From Candidatus Micrarchaeota archaeon (GTDB lineage: Archaea > Micrarchaeota > Micrarchaeia > Anstonellales > Anstonellaceae): 64,000 bases of DNA. The notes below the pieces were generated by a model. That model was not told where the DNA came from. It worked only from the letters and a program-made list of their open reading frames with translations, and ran no database searches. Position 1 is the stretch's first letter. The number at the start of each line of letters is the position of its first letter. Below, in pieces: positions 1 through 7,113 of the stretch. The stretch covers positions 247,261 through 311,260 of the forward strand of contig CAYMOY010000002.1 of the NCBI GenBank assembly GCA_964392435.1, in the 5' to 3' direction. The position numbers and the translations under genes were made by a program.

Positions 1-765
1 GATTGGGATGTTGTGCGCCACCCAAAGCTTAAGGGTTTCATGCTCCACATCGGAAGAAAAAGCCGCTTTTCTTGCCTCAGAGTATTTTTCAGATTTGAGT
101 ATGGCGCGCAGGACCTCGAACACGTTTTGTTGCGAGTCCCGGGAGGAAAACGCATTTTTGCCCTGCAGGTCGTTGAGGGCTGCGCGCACGTCGCCGCCCG
201 CGCCAATGGCAATCCGTTCCAGCTGCTCCTGCGAAAGCGCGCTGCCCCCCACCTGCGCAAGATAGCGCAAAAGCTTGGTTATGCTTGCCTGATGCACGCG
301 GCGCAGCGAGATATGCTGGCAGCGGGCGCGGATTGCCTGCAGCTTCTTATCATAATAGTCAAGCGCGGTTATGAGAACCGGCTGTTTGGCGGATTCGAGA
401 ACCGAGGAAATCGCGCCCGCCCCCCCGCGGTCGTTTTTGCCGGAAAGGGCATCCGCATCATCGATGAGAATCAGGCGGCGGTTGCCGAAAAGCGAACCGG
501 ATGAAGACGCGTTTGCCAAAAGGGAGGCAACCGCCCCCTCATCCCGCAAATCAGAGGCGTTGAACTCGAACAGCTCCCAGCCAAATTCGCTTGATAGCGC
601 ATAAGCCAGGGCGGTCTTGCCAATACCAGGCGGCCCGCAGGCAAGAAGGGGCGCTTGGGGCTTGCCCTGCTGCCAATCCTCAGCCCACTGCCTTGCTGCC
701 GAAAATGCCTCGGCGTTGCCCAGCAGGTCAGATACCTTCGATGGCTTTTTATGAGATAGAATCAT
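1..765 (-). CDS. rfcL: Replication factor C large subunit (AAA+ clamp-loader ATPase), partial; the C-terminus runs off the window start
   Basis: Reverse-strand translation from ATG (complement of 763-765) is open to position 1. It reads MILSHKKPSKVSDLLGNAEAF...WQQGKPQAPLLACGPPGIGKTALAYALSSEFGWELFEFNASDLRDEG...RRLILIDDADAL...GAGGDVRA. Walker A GPPGIGKT, Walker B LILIDDAD and the sensor-2 GDVR are in RFC-like order. It is absent from the ORF track only because no stop codon falls inside the window. Confidence 0.6.
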   Translation of the reverse strand, partial: MILSHKKPSKVSDLLGNAEAFSAARQWAEDWQQGKPQAPLLACGPPGIGKTALAYALSSEFGWELFEFNASDLRDEGAVASLLANASSSGSLFGNRRLILIDDADALSGKNDRGGAGAISSVLESAKQPVLITALDYYDKKLQAIRARCQHISLRRVHQASITKLLRYLAQVGGSALSQEQLERIAIGAGGDVRAALNDLQGKNAFSSRDSQQNVFEVLRAILKSEKYSEARKAAFSSDVEHETLKLWVAHNIPI

Positions 766-851
766 CGGTAAAATTGCTGTGTGAGAATTTAAGAGGCTGT
801 TGATGGCAAGGAACGCGTGGAGCCGCAGCCTGTTTTGAATTGGCGGGCACC

Positions 852-861
852 CATTTTAAAC
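852..861 (+). promoter_or_regulatory. TATA-like box (cattttaaac) about 26 nt upstream of the ychF-like start; implies a leaderless transcript
   Basis: AT-rich box centred about 857. ATG at 883. Confidence 0.35.
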
Positions 862-882
862 AAATAGCCCCTTTGTTAAACC

Positions 883-2046
883 ATGCTTATCGGGGTGGTG
901 GGGGCGCCCAACAAGGGCAAGAGCACTTTCTTTTCAGCAGCAACGCTGGTGGACGCGCAAATCGCCAATTACCCTTTCACCACAATCAACCCGAACAGGG
1001 GGGTCACCTATGTCCGCTGCCCCTGCCCGCACAAGGAGCTGGGATTGCCAAAATGCGACCCGAAAAACAGCAAATGCGTCGATGGCACCCGGCTGGTGCC
1101 CATAAATATGATAGATGTTGCGGGATTGGTCCCAGGCGCCCATGAAGGCAAGGGGCTGGGCAACAAATTCTTGGATAATTTGCGGGAGGCAGACGCGCTG
1201 ATACAGGTGGTGGATGGGACCGGAAGAACCGACCTCCAGGGGAATCCTTGTGACGCGCAGGACCCGATGGCTGAACTTGCCTTTCTCAAAGATGAAATTG
1301 CCTGGTGGCTAACCGAGATAATGCTGCGCGGGGATGGGAAGGGCGGGGCGCATGAAATCGCCAAGCGCCTCAGCGGATTGAAGATAACTGAGTTGATGCT
1401 GCTGCATTCGGCGGAGGAGTGCGGGTTGGACATCACCAATGGCATGCCCGATAATGACGAGGCTGTGAGATTGGCACGCGCTGTGCTTGAGAGGCGCATG
1501 CCGATTGTTGTGGCGTTCAACAAGATAGACGCCCCTGAAGCGCAGGGGAGATACGAGCAAGCAAGGGCAGTCGCAGGCAGGATGGCTGGAGAAATCTTCC
1601 CATGCAGCGCCGCAGTGGAGCTTGCCTTGCGCAAGGCAGCCGAGCATAAATTGATAAATTACTCCCCTGGCGCAAAGAAATTTGACGTTGTTGGTTCGCC
1701 AGACGAACGGCAGGCGGAAGCTCTTGGCAAGATGGGAAGGCTTCTTTCCGGCAATGGCGGAAGCGGTGTGCAGGAGATAATCGACTATGTGGTTTATCAG
1801 AAGCTTAGGGGTATAGTGGTTTACCCTGTTGAGGATGAGCACAAATTTTCCAACCACAATGGGGAGGTGCTGCCAGACGCTTTCCTGGTGCCATCAGGCA
1901 CCACTGCGATGCAGCTTGCTGGGATGGTTCACACAGACCTCGCCCACAGGTTCATTGGCGCTCTGGACGCCAAGCGGCGCAGGCGCATTGGGGCGGACCA
2001 CCAGGTGGAGAATGGAGATGTAATAAAAATAGTCGCGGGGAGATAA
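883..2046 (+). CDS. ychF: Obg-family GTPase of the YchF/OLA1 type with a C-terminal TGS domain; carries a Cys4 insertion in the G domain
   Basis: G1 motif GVVGAPNKGKSTFF; NYPFTTINPNRG; G3 motif IDVAGLVPGAHEGKGLGNKFL; C-terminal TGS-like ENGDVIKIV. The insertion reads CPCPHKELGLPKCDPKNSKC. Confidence 0.7.
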   Translation: MLIGVVGAPNKGKSTFFSAATLVDAQIANYPFTTINPNRGVTYVRCPCPHKELGLPKCDPKNSKCVDGTRLVPINMIDVAGLVPGAHEGKGLGNKFLDNLREADALIQVVDGTGRTDLQGNPCDAQDPMAELAFLKDEIAWWLTEIMLRGDGKGGAHEIAKRLSGLKITELMLLHSAEECGLDITNGMPDNDEAVRLARAVLERRMPIVVAFNKIDAPEAQGRYEQARAVAGRMAGEIFPCSAAVELALRKAAEHKLINYSPGAKKFDVVGSPDERQAEALGKMGRLLSGNGGSGVQEIIDYVVYQKLRGIVVYPVEDEHKFSNHNGEVLPDAFLVPSGTTAMQLAGMVHTDLAHRFIGALDAKRRRRIGADHQVENGDVIKIVAGR

Positions 2047-2104
2047 CCGAACGATAGAATTGCTGTTAAAAACTTGACGCATGCAGAAACAGGAGGGTGA
2101 GAAG

Positions 2105-3622
2105 ATGGATGAGGCGCCAAAGGGAAACAAATCTGATGTGAAACTTGTCGTTCTTACAGCGGCAGTAGTCCTATTGGCGTTGGTTGGCGCAGCTTATTAC
2201 ATGGGATATTTTGGGGGGCAGCCCCAACAGCCCGCGAAGCCAGCAACCGGGCAGGAAGCGACCCGGATTTTCCTTCTGGCTATGGACAAGGAATCCCAGT
2301 TGGGGGGCGCCCACCTTCAATACACTGATTTTGAAAATGGATTTTCCACCAGATATGAGCTTCGGACCGCCCAGAACAGCAGTTGGGTGGCAGAGACTGG
2401 GGATTATGGCTCTTTGGAGGCTTTCTTTGGGCAAAACAACTCCACTGATGCGATTTGCCTGACTTACCTGAATAAGACCAAATGCGCCAATGTTGGGGAA
2501 AGTGAATCTGTTGCCCAGATAGCCAGCAGGTTGAAGACACGGCTGCCCAGCGTAGAGGCAGCGGTTGCAAACAAGCGCCTGGTGGAAAGACTCATCGGCG
2601 CCGGCGCCATAAAGTTTTCAGATGACATTGCAAGCGAGCGGCTGGGCTCTTTCGAAACCAAGAGGGTTGTTTACAACCTAGACTACCGCAACCTCACCGT
2701 TCAGACGCTGATTTCAATTGGCATTTCCCCAAATGACCCGACCATTTACTCAATCACGAACTGGACCGTCACAAATTGGATAGATGAGAGGAGCGGCAGG
2801 CTTGTGAAGAGCGAAACCTGGTACAGCCAAAATGGGGCGCCATATTCATTCAGCAGGGTTTTCTCAGTCCTTGAGGAACCGGGGGGTGATATTCCGGCTG
2901 CGCCGCAAACCATGCTGTCTGCAAGCGCATTTTCCGCATTTTACCAAAGCGCTGAGGAGGATTATATGAAAAAGCGGGCCTGCCTAAATGGCCCTGTGGG
3001 CGAGAAAAGCACTTGCCTTAAGAGCCTGGCTGTTGAAAACGGGGACCCATCCGCCTGCGACCTGATTGCGGATGTGAGAGAGGCGGGGCTGTGCTTTTTG
3101 GTGGTGGCGCAGACCACCAAGAATGCGACACTTTGCCAAAAGGCTGGCTCGCTGGTAGATGATTGCTATATTGCAGTCGCTAGTGAGACTGGCGATGGGG
3201 AACTTTGCAAGAAATTGGAAAATTCGAGCCTTATTGCGAACTGCTATGAGGCAAAGCTTGTTGGCGAATTGGCCGCGGCTGAAAAGAAGGCTGAAAAAGA
3301 ACGCCTGCTCGCCGGGAGAAACTGCGAGGATGACAGCGGCTGCTATGTCGCAGGGGGCATGGGGCAGTATTGCGCGCCGAGCGCCAACAAAGGCCCGTTT
3401 GCAAACGAAACCGCGCTCCAATTCGCCTGCCTCAAAGGCGTGCCATGCGGCTGTGTTGACGGGTATTGCCGGTTTAAGACTTTTGAGAATGAAAACTACA
3501 CCTCTTGTATGGAGGAGGTTGAAGACAAGCTGACTGAGGACTTCATAAGAAAGATTGCCCAGGATGCTGAGGCGGCGCGGAAGGCTGCGAACCAGACCAA
3601 TAATTCAACTGCCGCCGGATAA
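2105..3622 (+). CDS. Membrane-anchored extracellular protein, rich in N-glycosylation sequons and cysteines (hypothetical)
   Basis: Preferred start is ATG 2105, which has a GGAGGGTGA Shine-Dalgarno sequence 6 nt upstream; the track ORF starts at 2081. N-terminal transmembrane anchor KLVVLTAAVVLLALVGAAYY. At least 11 NxS/T sequons. About 20 Cys in the C-terminal half. No recognisable enzymatic motif. Confidence 0.5.
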   Translation: MDEAPKGNKSDVKLVVLTAAVVLLALVGAAYYMGYFGGQPQQPAKPATGQEATRIFLLAMDKESQLGGAHLQYTDFENGFSTRYELRTAQNSSWVAETGDYGSLEAFFGQNNSTDAICLTYLNKTKCANVGESESVAQIASRLKTRLPSVEAAVANKRLVERLIGAGAIKFSDDIASERLGSFETKRVVYNLDYRNLTVQTLISIGISPNDPTIYSITNWTVTNWIDERSGRLVKSETWYSQNGAPYSFSRVFSVLEEPGGDIPAAPQTMLSASAFSAFYQSAEEDYMKKRACLNGPVGEKSTCLKSLAVENGDPSACDLIADVREAGLCFLVVAQTTKNATLCQKAGSLVDDCYIAVASETGDGELCKKLENSSLIANCYEAKLVGELAAAEKKAEKERLLAGRNCEDDSGCYVAGGMGQYCAPSANKGPFANETALQFACLKGVPCGCVDGYCRFKTFENENYTSCMEEVEDKLTEDFIRKIAQDAEAARKAANQTNNSTAAG

Positions 3623-3630
3623 GAAGGATG

Positions 3631-3739
3631 CGGGCCCAGTGGGATTCGAACCCACGACACGTGGATTGCTCCGCCCAGAAACCGTTGCGCAAGGCTCTGT
3701 TTAAGAGTCCACTGCTCTACCAAGCTGAGCTATGGGCCC
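3631..3739 (-). tRNA. tRNA-Lys (anticodon CUU) with a canonical intron of about 34-35 nt between positions 37 and 38
   Basis: Reverse-complement reads GGGCCCAUAGCUCAGCUUGGUAGAGCA-GUGGA-CUCUUAA-[intron ~CAGAGCC...GAGCA]-UCCAC-GUGUC-GUGGGUUCGAAUCCCAC-UGGGCCC-G. It has a 7-bp acceptor stem, D and T arms, anticodon stem GUGGA/UCCAC, and a GUUCGAAUC T-loop. CCA is not encoded. Confidence 0.8.
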
Positions 3740-3763
3740 GTGCTTTCTGCGTTATAGAGAGAA

Positions 3764-3774
3764 GGATATAAAAG
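3764..3774. promoter_or_regulatory. TATA box (ggatataaaag) placed to serve tRNA-Lys (minus strand, about 26 nt from its 5' end) and GGPS (plus strand)
   Basis: A/T box between the divergent tRNA 5' end (3739) and the CDS start at 3806. Confidence 0.4.
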
Positions 3775-3805
3775 TTCACCGCTCAAGGGAAACAAAGGTT
3801 GTGGG

Positions 3806-4798
3806 ATGGCAAGCGAAATTGAGATTAAAATCGCCAAATTGAACGCGCCAGTCTGCGCGAGGCTGGGCCGCCTTTTTTCAGGAGGGAGGCGGCCGTTTGA
3901 GGTTTACGGCCTGCTTTCAGAATTCCTTTCCATAAAGGGGAAACTGCTCAGGCCTGCGCTTTGCCTGGCAGCCTGCCAGGCGGTCGGCGGGCGGAAGGAA
4001 GAGGCTGTGCCCGCGGCTGCCGCGATTGAGATGTTCCATAATTTCACGTTAATCCATGATGATATTGAGGATTGCTCACGGCTTCGCCGGGGCAAGCCCT
4101 GCATGCATATAAAGTATGGTTTGCCCCTGGCCCTTAATGCGGGTGATGGCTTGTTCATGATGGTCTGGCAGGAGACCTTGCGCATCCGCGGAAAAAACAG
4201 GCAGCTTGCCCAAGAGCGGTTGTTGTCCGCGTTCACCAAGGTTTTGGAGGGGCAGGCGATAGAGTTGGGCTGGTATTGGAAGGATGATTGGGATGTTAGC
4301 GAGGAGGAATATTACCAGGTTGTTGGCGGTAAAACTGGCGCCCTCATGGCTGGGGCTTGTGAGGTTGGTGGGATTGTTGGTGGGGCGGATGAGAAACAGC
4401 GCAGGTTGCTGTATGAATTTGGGATGGGAATGGGGATTGGATTCCAAATGATGGATGATGCTCTTAACATCATTGGGGATGAAAAAAAATATGGGAAGGA
4501 AATTGGAGGGGATATTTTAGAGGGCAAGCGGACGCTGATCACCATCCGCGCCTTGCGCCGCCTTGAGGGCGGGCGCAGGACCCAATTGTCCAACCTATTA
4601 AAAAAGAGCAAAAAAACCAATGCTGATGTGAAATGGGTTGTTGCGCTCCTTAAGGAATCCGGCGCGGTGGAGGATGTTGTTGTTGAAGCGCGCGGGCGCA
4701 TATCAAAAGCGATAGGGCTGCTCGCACACCTGCGATTTGGGAAAACGCATGGTTTGCTGCTCGAGCTTGCGCATTACATAACTGAGCGCACCCGTTGA
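3806..4798 (+). CDS. idsA: Geranylgeranyl diphosphate synthase (trans-polyprenyl synthetase)
   Basis: FARM motif LIHDDIED and second Asp-rich motif FQMMDDALN; KLLRPAL substrate-binding region; 330 aa. Confidence 0.85.
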   Translation: MASEIEIKIAKLNAPVCARLGRLFSGGRRPFEVYGLLSEFLSIKGKLLRPALCLAACQAVGGRKEEAVPAAAAIEMFHNFTLIHDDIEDCSRLRRGKPCMHIKYGLPLALNAGDGLFMMVWQETLRIRGKNRQLAQERLLSAFTKVLEGQAIELGWYWKDDWDVSEEEYYQVVGGKTGALMAGACEVGGIVGGADEKQRRLLYEFGMGMGIGFQMMDDALNIIGDEKKYGKEIGGDILEGKRTLITIRALRRLEGGRRTQLSNLLKKSKKTNADVKWVVALLKESGAVEDVVVEARGRISKAIGLLAHLRFGKTHGLLLELAHYITERTR

Positions 4799-4848
4799 GG
4801 TAAGTTTTTTAAATTAAAACCGAGATAGTTGGGCAAGGCAGCCAAAAG

Positions 4849-5121
4849 GTGATGTTTGTGGTAGTAAAAGTATCGAAAATATATGGTATGGACATTTACA
4901 CTGATGGGGGCAAGTTCCTTGGTCGGGTTCAGGAGATACTTCTCGACCTTGAGAAGGGGGAAATTGTGCGTTTGACAATGGAGCCCCTTAACTCTGTTTC
5001 CAAAGACGAGGCCAAGCGCATACTGCGGGATAAATCAGTCCTTTACAAGAGTGTGAAGTCTGTTGAGGATGTTGTGGTTGTCACTAGAGGGGCAGGCATG
5101 CCAGGCGGGCTTGAAGAGTAA
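4849..5121 (+). CDS. PRC-barrel domain protein (small, archaeal type)
   Basis: 90 aa, MMFVVVKVSKIYGMDIYTDGGKFLGRVQEILLDLEKGEIVRL is PRC-barrel-like. ATG at 4852 is preceded by an AAGGTG Shine-Dalgarno sequence. Confidence 0.5.
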   Translation: MMFVVVKVSKIYGMDIYTDGGKFLGRVQEILLDLEKGEIVRLTMEPLNSVSKDEAKRILRDKSVLYKSVKSVEDVVVVTRGAGMPGGLEE

Positions 5122-5126
5122 CTACA

Positions 5127-5282
5127 CCCCCTTTCTTCCACTAATATAGCAACTCTTTTTTTATTTTACCTCTTTTTTAGTTTTTTTTATGTTTTATTTT
5201 TATATTATTTGTAACCATAGTTACATAACAACAACAAACAATAAATCAAAAAAATAATATAATAATAGTGGAAGTTAGGGGG
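5127..5282. other. Putative replication origin: ORB-like 17-nt inverted repeats flanking a 122-bp AT-rich island
   Basis: 5127-5143 ccccctttcttccacta and 5266-5282 tagtggaagttaggggg form an inverted repeat (15/17). Each copy reads TAGTGGAAG..AGGGGG toward the island. The island at 5144-5265 is very AT-rich and sits between convergent gene ends (CDS stop 5121; tRNA 3' end 5321). Confidence 0.4.
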
Positions 5283-5320
5283 TCTGGTGCAGGGCAGGCG
5301 CAAAAACAAAGCGGCTAAAA

Positions 5321-5395
5321 TAGCGGGAAGTGGATTTGAACCACTGATCTCTGGGTTATGAGCCCAGCGGGCACTCCAAACTACCCTATCCCGCT
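5321..5395 (-). tRNA. Initiator tRNA-Met (anticodon CAU) of archaeal type with an A1:U72 pair
   Basis: Reverse-complement reads AGCGGGAUAGGGUAGUUUGGAGUGCCCGCUGGGCUCAUAACCCAGAGAUCAGUGGUUCAAAUCCACUUCCCGCUA, 75 nt. The 5' AGCGGG start and three G-C pairs in the anticodon stem are typical of archaeal tRNAi. TATA-like ccttttaag (5420-5429) lies about 26 nt upstream. Confidence 0.85.
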
Positions 5396-5439
5396 TCAGT
5401 CGGAATATAAGAAGACGGACTTAAAAGGCTTACGACGGC

Positions 5440-6051
5440 TCAACTCCTCTTGCGTTCGAAAAAAGTCATGTTCTCGCCACAATTATGGCATTTGAACTGC
5501 CGCTCGCTGGCCTCTTCAAAGGCAATTGGTTTGTTTGGGGTGCAGTTTGGGCAAACATAGGCATCTCCTTCCACAACCAAAACAGTTTCACCAGGGGCGT
5601 CCTCTCCAAAATCCCCCACAAACTCCTTCAACTTCCCATCACAAAGCTTCCAAATGTATGTATACCAACCACTATCCTTGTCGCGTACCCTGGTGTAGGT
5701 GAAAAAACCCTGGCTGTGCAGCCTGTTTAGCACCACGCGCACATCACTGGCCTTAACAGAGGTTTTCCTCGCAAGGTCTTCATCTGACATATCCTGGTCA
5801 AATTCCCTAATAACATCAATCGTGTTTTCTCCGCCCATCTCAATCAGTTTTTGCCTTGCCCGTGCATTTGCCAGAACCGCATATCTCACAGCTTTCGAGT
5901 AGGTCGCCTTGCGCACCATGATGTCTGGGTTCCCACCTACCCTAATGGATTTTTTTTTCGCCCCAGTTTTTTTTCCGGCAAAACCCGCGCGGTTCCTTTT
6001 CCCAAAACAAGCTCTTTTTTTTGGTGATTTTCGGGTTTTTGAGCTAGGCAT
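5440..6051 (-). CDS. tfe: Transcription factor E alpha subunit (TFIIE-alpha homolog) with a Lys/Arg-rich N-terminal extension
   Basis: Winged-helix segment DEDLARKTSVKASDVRVVLNRLHSQGFFTYTRVRDKDSGWYTYIWKL and C-terminal zinc ribbon CPNC...CHNCG. Strong TATA cttatatatct (6082-6092) lies about 35 nt upstream of ATG 6051. An internal ATG at 5919 (MVRK...) would give a conventional N-terminus. Confidence 0.75.
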   Translation of the reverse strand: MPSSKTRKSPKKRACFGKRNRAGFAGKKTGAKKKSIRVGGNPDIMVRKATYSKAVRYAVLANARARQKLIEMGGENTIDVIREFDQDMSDEDLARKTSVKASDVRVVLNRLHSQGFFTYTRVRDKDSGWYTYIWKLCDGKLKEFVGDFGEDAPGETVLVVEGDAYVCPNCTPNKPIAFEEASERQFKCHNCGENMTFFERKRS

Positions 6052-6130
6052 CCAAAATCACAGCATTTTTCTGACCGACAGCTTATATATCTCTTCAGTA
6101 ACTTCCTACACGTTCAACAACCAAATAGCA

Positions 6131-6670
6131 CTATTTTTCAAATACCCGGCCGTTTCCAATCACTTTTTTCCCGCATTTGGTTGGCGCAATGCGGAGCTTC
6201 CCGCAAAAATCAAGGCGAAGCTCCTTGCCCCTATAATACCGGTCTAAGAAAAGCGCCAGCGCCCCCACTTCCGAGTGGGGCTGGGTTGTGACCGACAAAT
6301 TCCAATCCGCAAGCTCGTAAGCTTCCCGCGGCACTTTGCCCGCGCCAACAACCACAACGCAATTGTGCTTGGCAGCTTTTTTCGCGCCCTCCAAAAAATC
6401 CTCACCATACATTGTCAGATGGGCTATTTTCCAACCCATCCTCTTCCGCTCCTTGAGGAAACTCCGCCAATTCCCTTCGTATTTCAAATCAAATCTGCCC
6501 CCCCACAATTCCGACACGCGCCTCAAACCATCAATTACGGACAGGTCGCAGTCCCCGCACAAAATCCCCTCGCTCGCACCAAGCGCGCGGGCCACCAAAA
6601 AAACATGCGTGGTTATCCTCTGGTCCCGCCCCTGGCGGTGCCCCAACCGAAGCACACAGACTTTCCCCAT
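6131..6670 (-). CDS. trm56: tRNA (cytidine56-2'-O)-methyltransferase, SPOUT family
   Basis: MGKVCVLRLGHRQGRDQRITTHVFLVARALGA matches the aTrm56 N-terminal signature. Start chosen at ATG 6670, leaderless relative to the TATA; the track ORF starts at GTG 6676. Confidence 0.8.
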   Translation of the reverse strand: MGKVCVLRLGHRQGRDQRITTHVFLVARALGASEGILCGDCDLSVIDGLRRVSELWGGRFDLKYEGNWRSFLKERKRMGWKIAHLTMYGEDFLEGAKKAAKHNCVVVVGAGKVPREAYELADWNLSVTTQPHSEVGALALFLDRYYRGKELRLDFCGKLRIAPTKCGKKVIGNGRVFEK

Positions 6671-6690
6671 AGCCACAACAGGTGCGCTAG

Positions 6691-6703
6691 CCTTTAAAAT
6701 TCC
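6691..6703. promoter_or_regulatory. Shared symmetric TATA box (cctttaaaattcc) between divergent trm56 and the PIN gene
   Basis: Centre about 6697, which is 27 nt from ATG 6670 (minus strand) and 24 nt from GTG 6721 (plus strand). Confidence 0.45.
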
Positions 6704-6720
6704 CGCAGCAAAAAAGAGTT

Positions 6721-7113
6721 GTGAAAAAAATACTGGTGGACACGAACTTTTTGCTCATGCCCTACGAGTATGGTGTGGACCTGCCTGGGGAGCTTTTGCG
6801 CATAAGCAATGCGCCGTTTGCCTTGCAAATAGCCTCGGGCACGCTGCAGGAAATCCGCGCCCTTGCTGGCAAGACCGGCAGGAGGTCGGCCGCGGCCCGT
6901 TTCGTTCTGGGCAATTTGGGCAAAATCAAACAAAGGTTTGGCGTGGAGGAAATCCAGTCATCCGGGCCGGTCGACGATTGGATTATTAAATATTCTTCGG
7001 AAAACAAGGAAACCTGCGTCGCAACAAACGACATCCCTTTAAGGAAAAGGCTGCTGGCTTTGGGTGTGCCGGTGATTGCCATGAAAGGGAAATCCAAACT
7101 GGATTTTGTCTAG
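6721..7113 (+). CDS. PIN-domain protein (Fcf1/Utp24-like small PIN nuclease)
   Basis: MKKILVDTNFLLMPYEY...VATNDIPLRKRLLALGVPVIAMKGKSKL shows the acidic PIN residues; 130 aa. Confidence 0.65.
   Translation: MKKILVDTNFLLMPYEYGVDLPGELLRISNAPFALQIASGTLQEIRALAGKTGRRSAAARFVLGNLGKIKQRFGVEEIQSSGPVDDWIIKYSSENKETCVATNDIPLRKRLLALGVPVIAMKGKSKLDFV

Noticed and set aside
13-803. Plus-strand ORFs 13-504, 371-604 and 591-803
   Set aside because: They overlap the strongly supported minus-strand RFC large-subunit reading frame (Walker A and B and sensor motifs) and have low-complexity translations.
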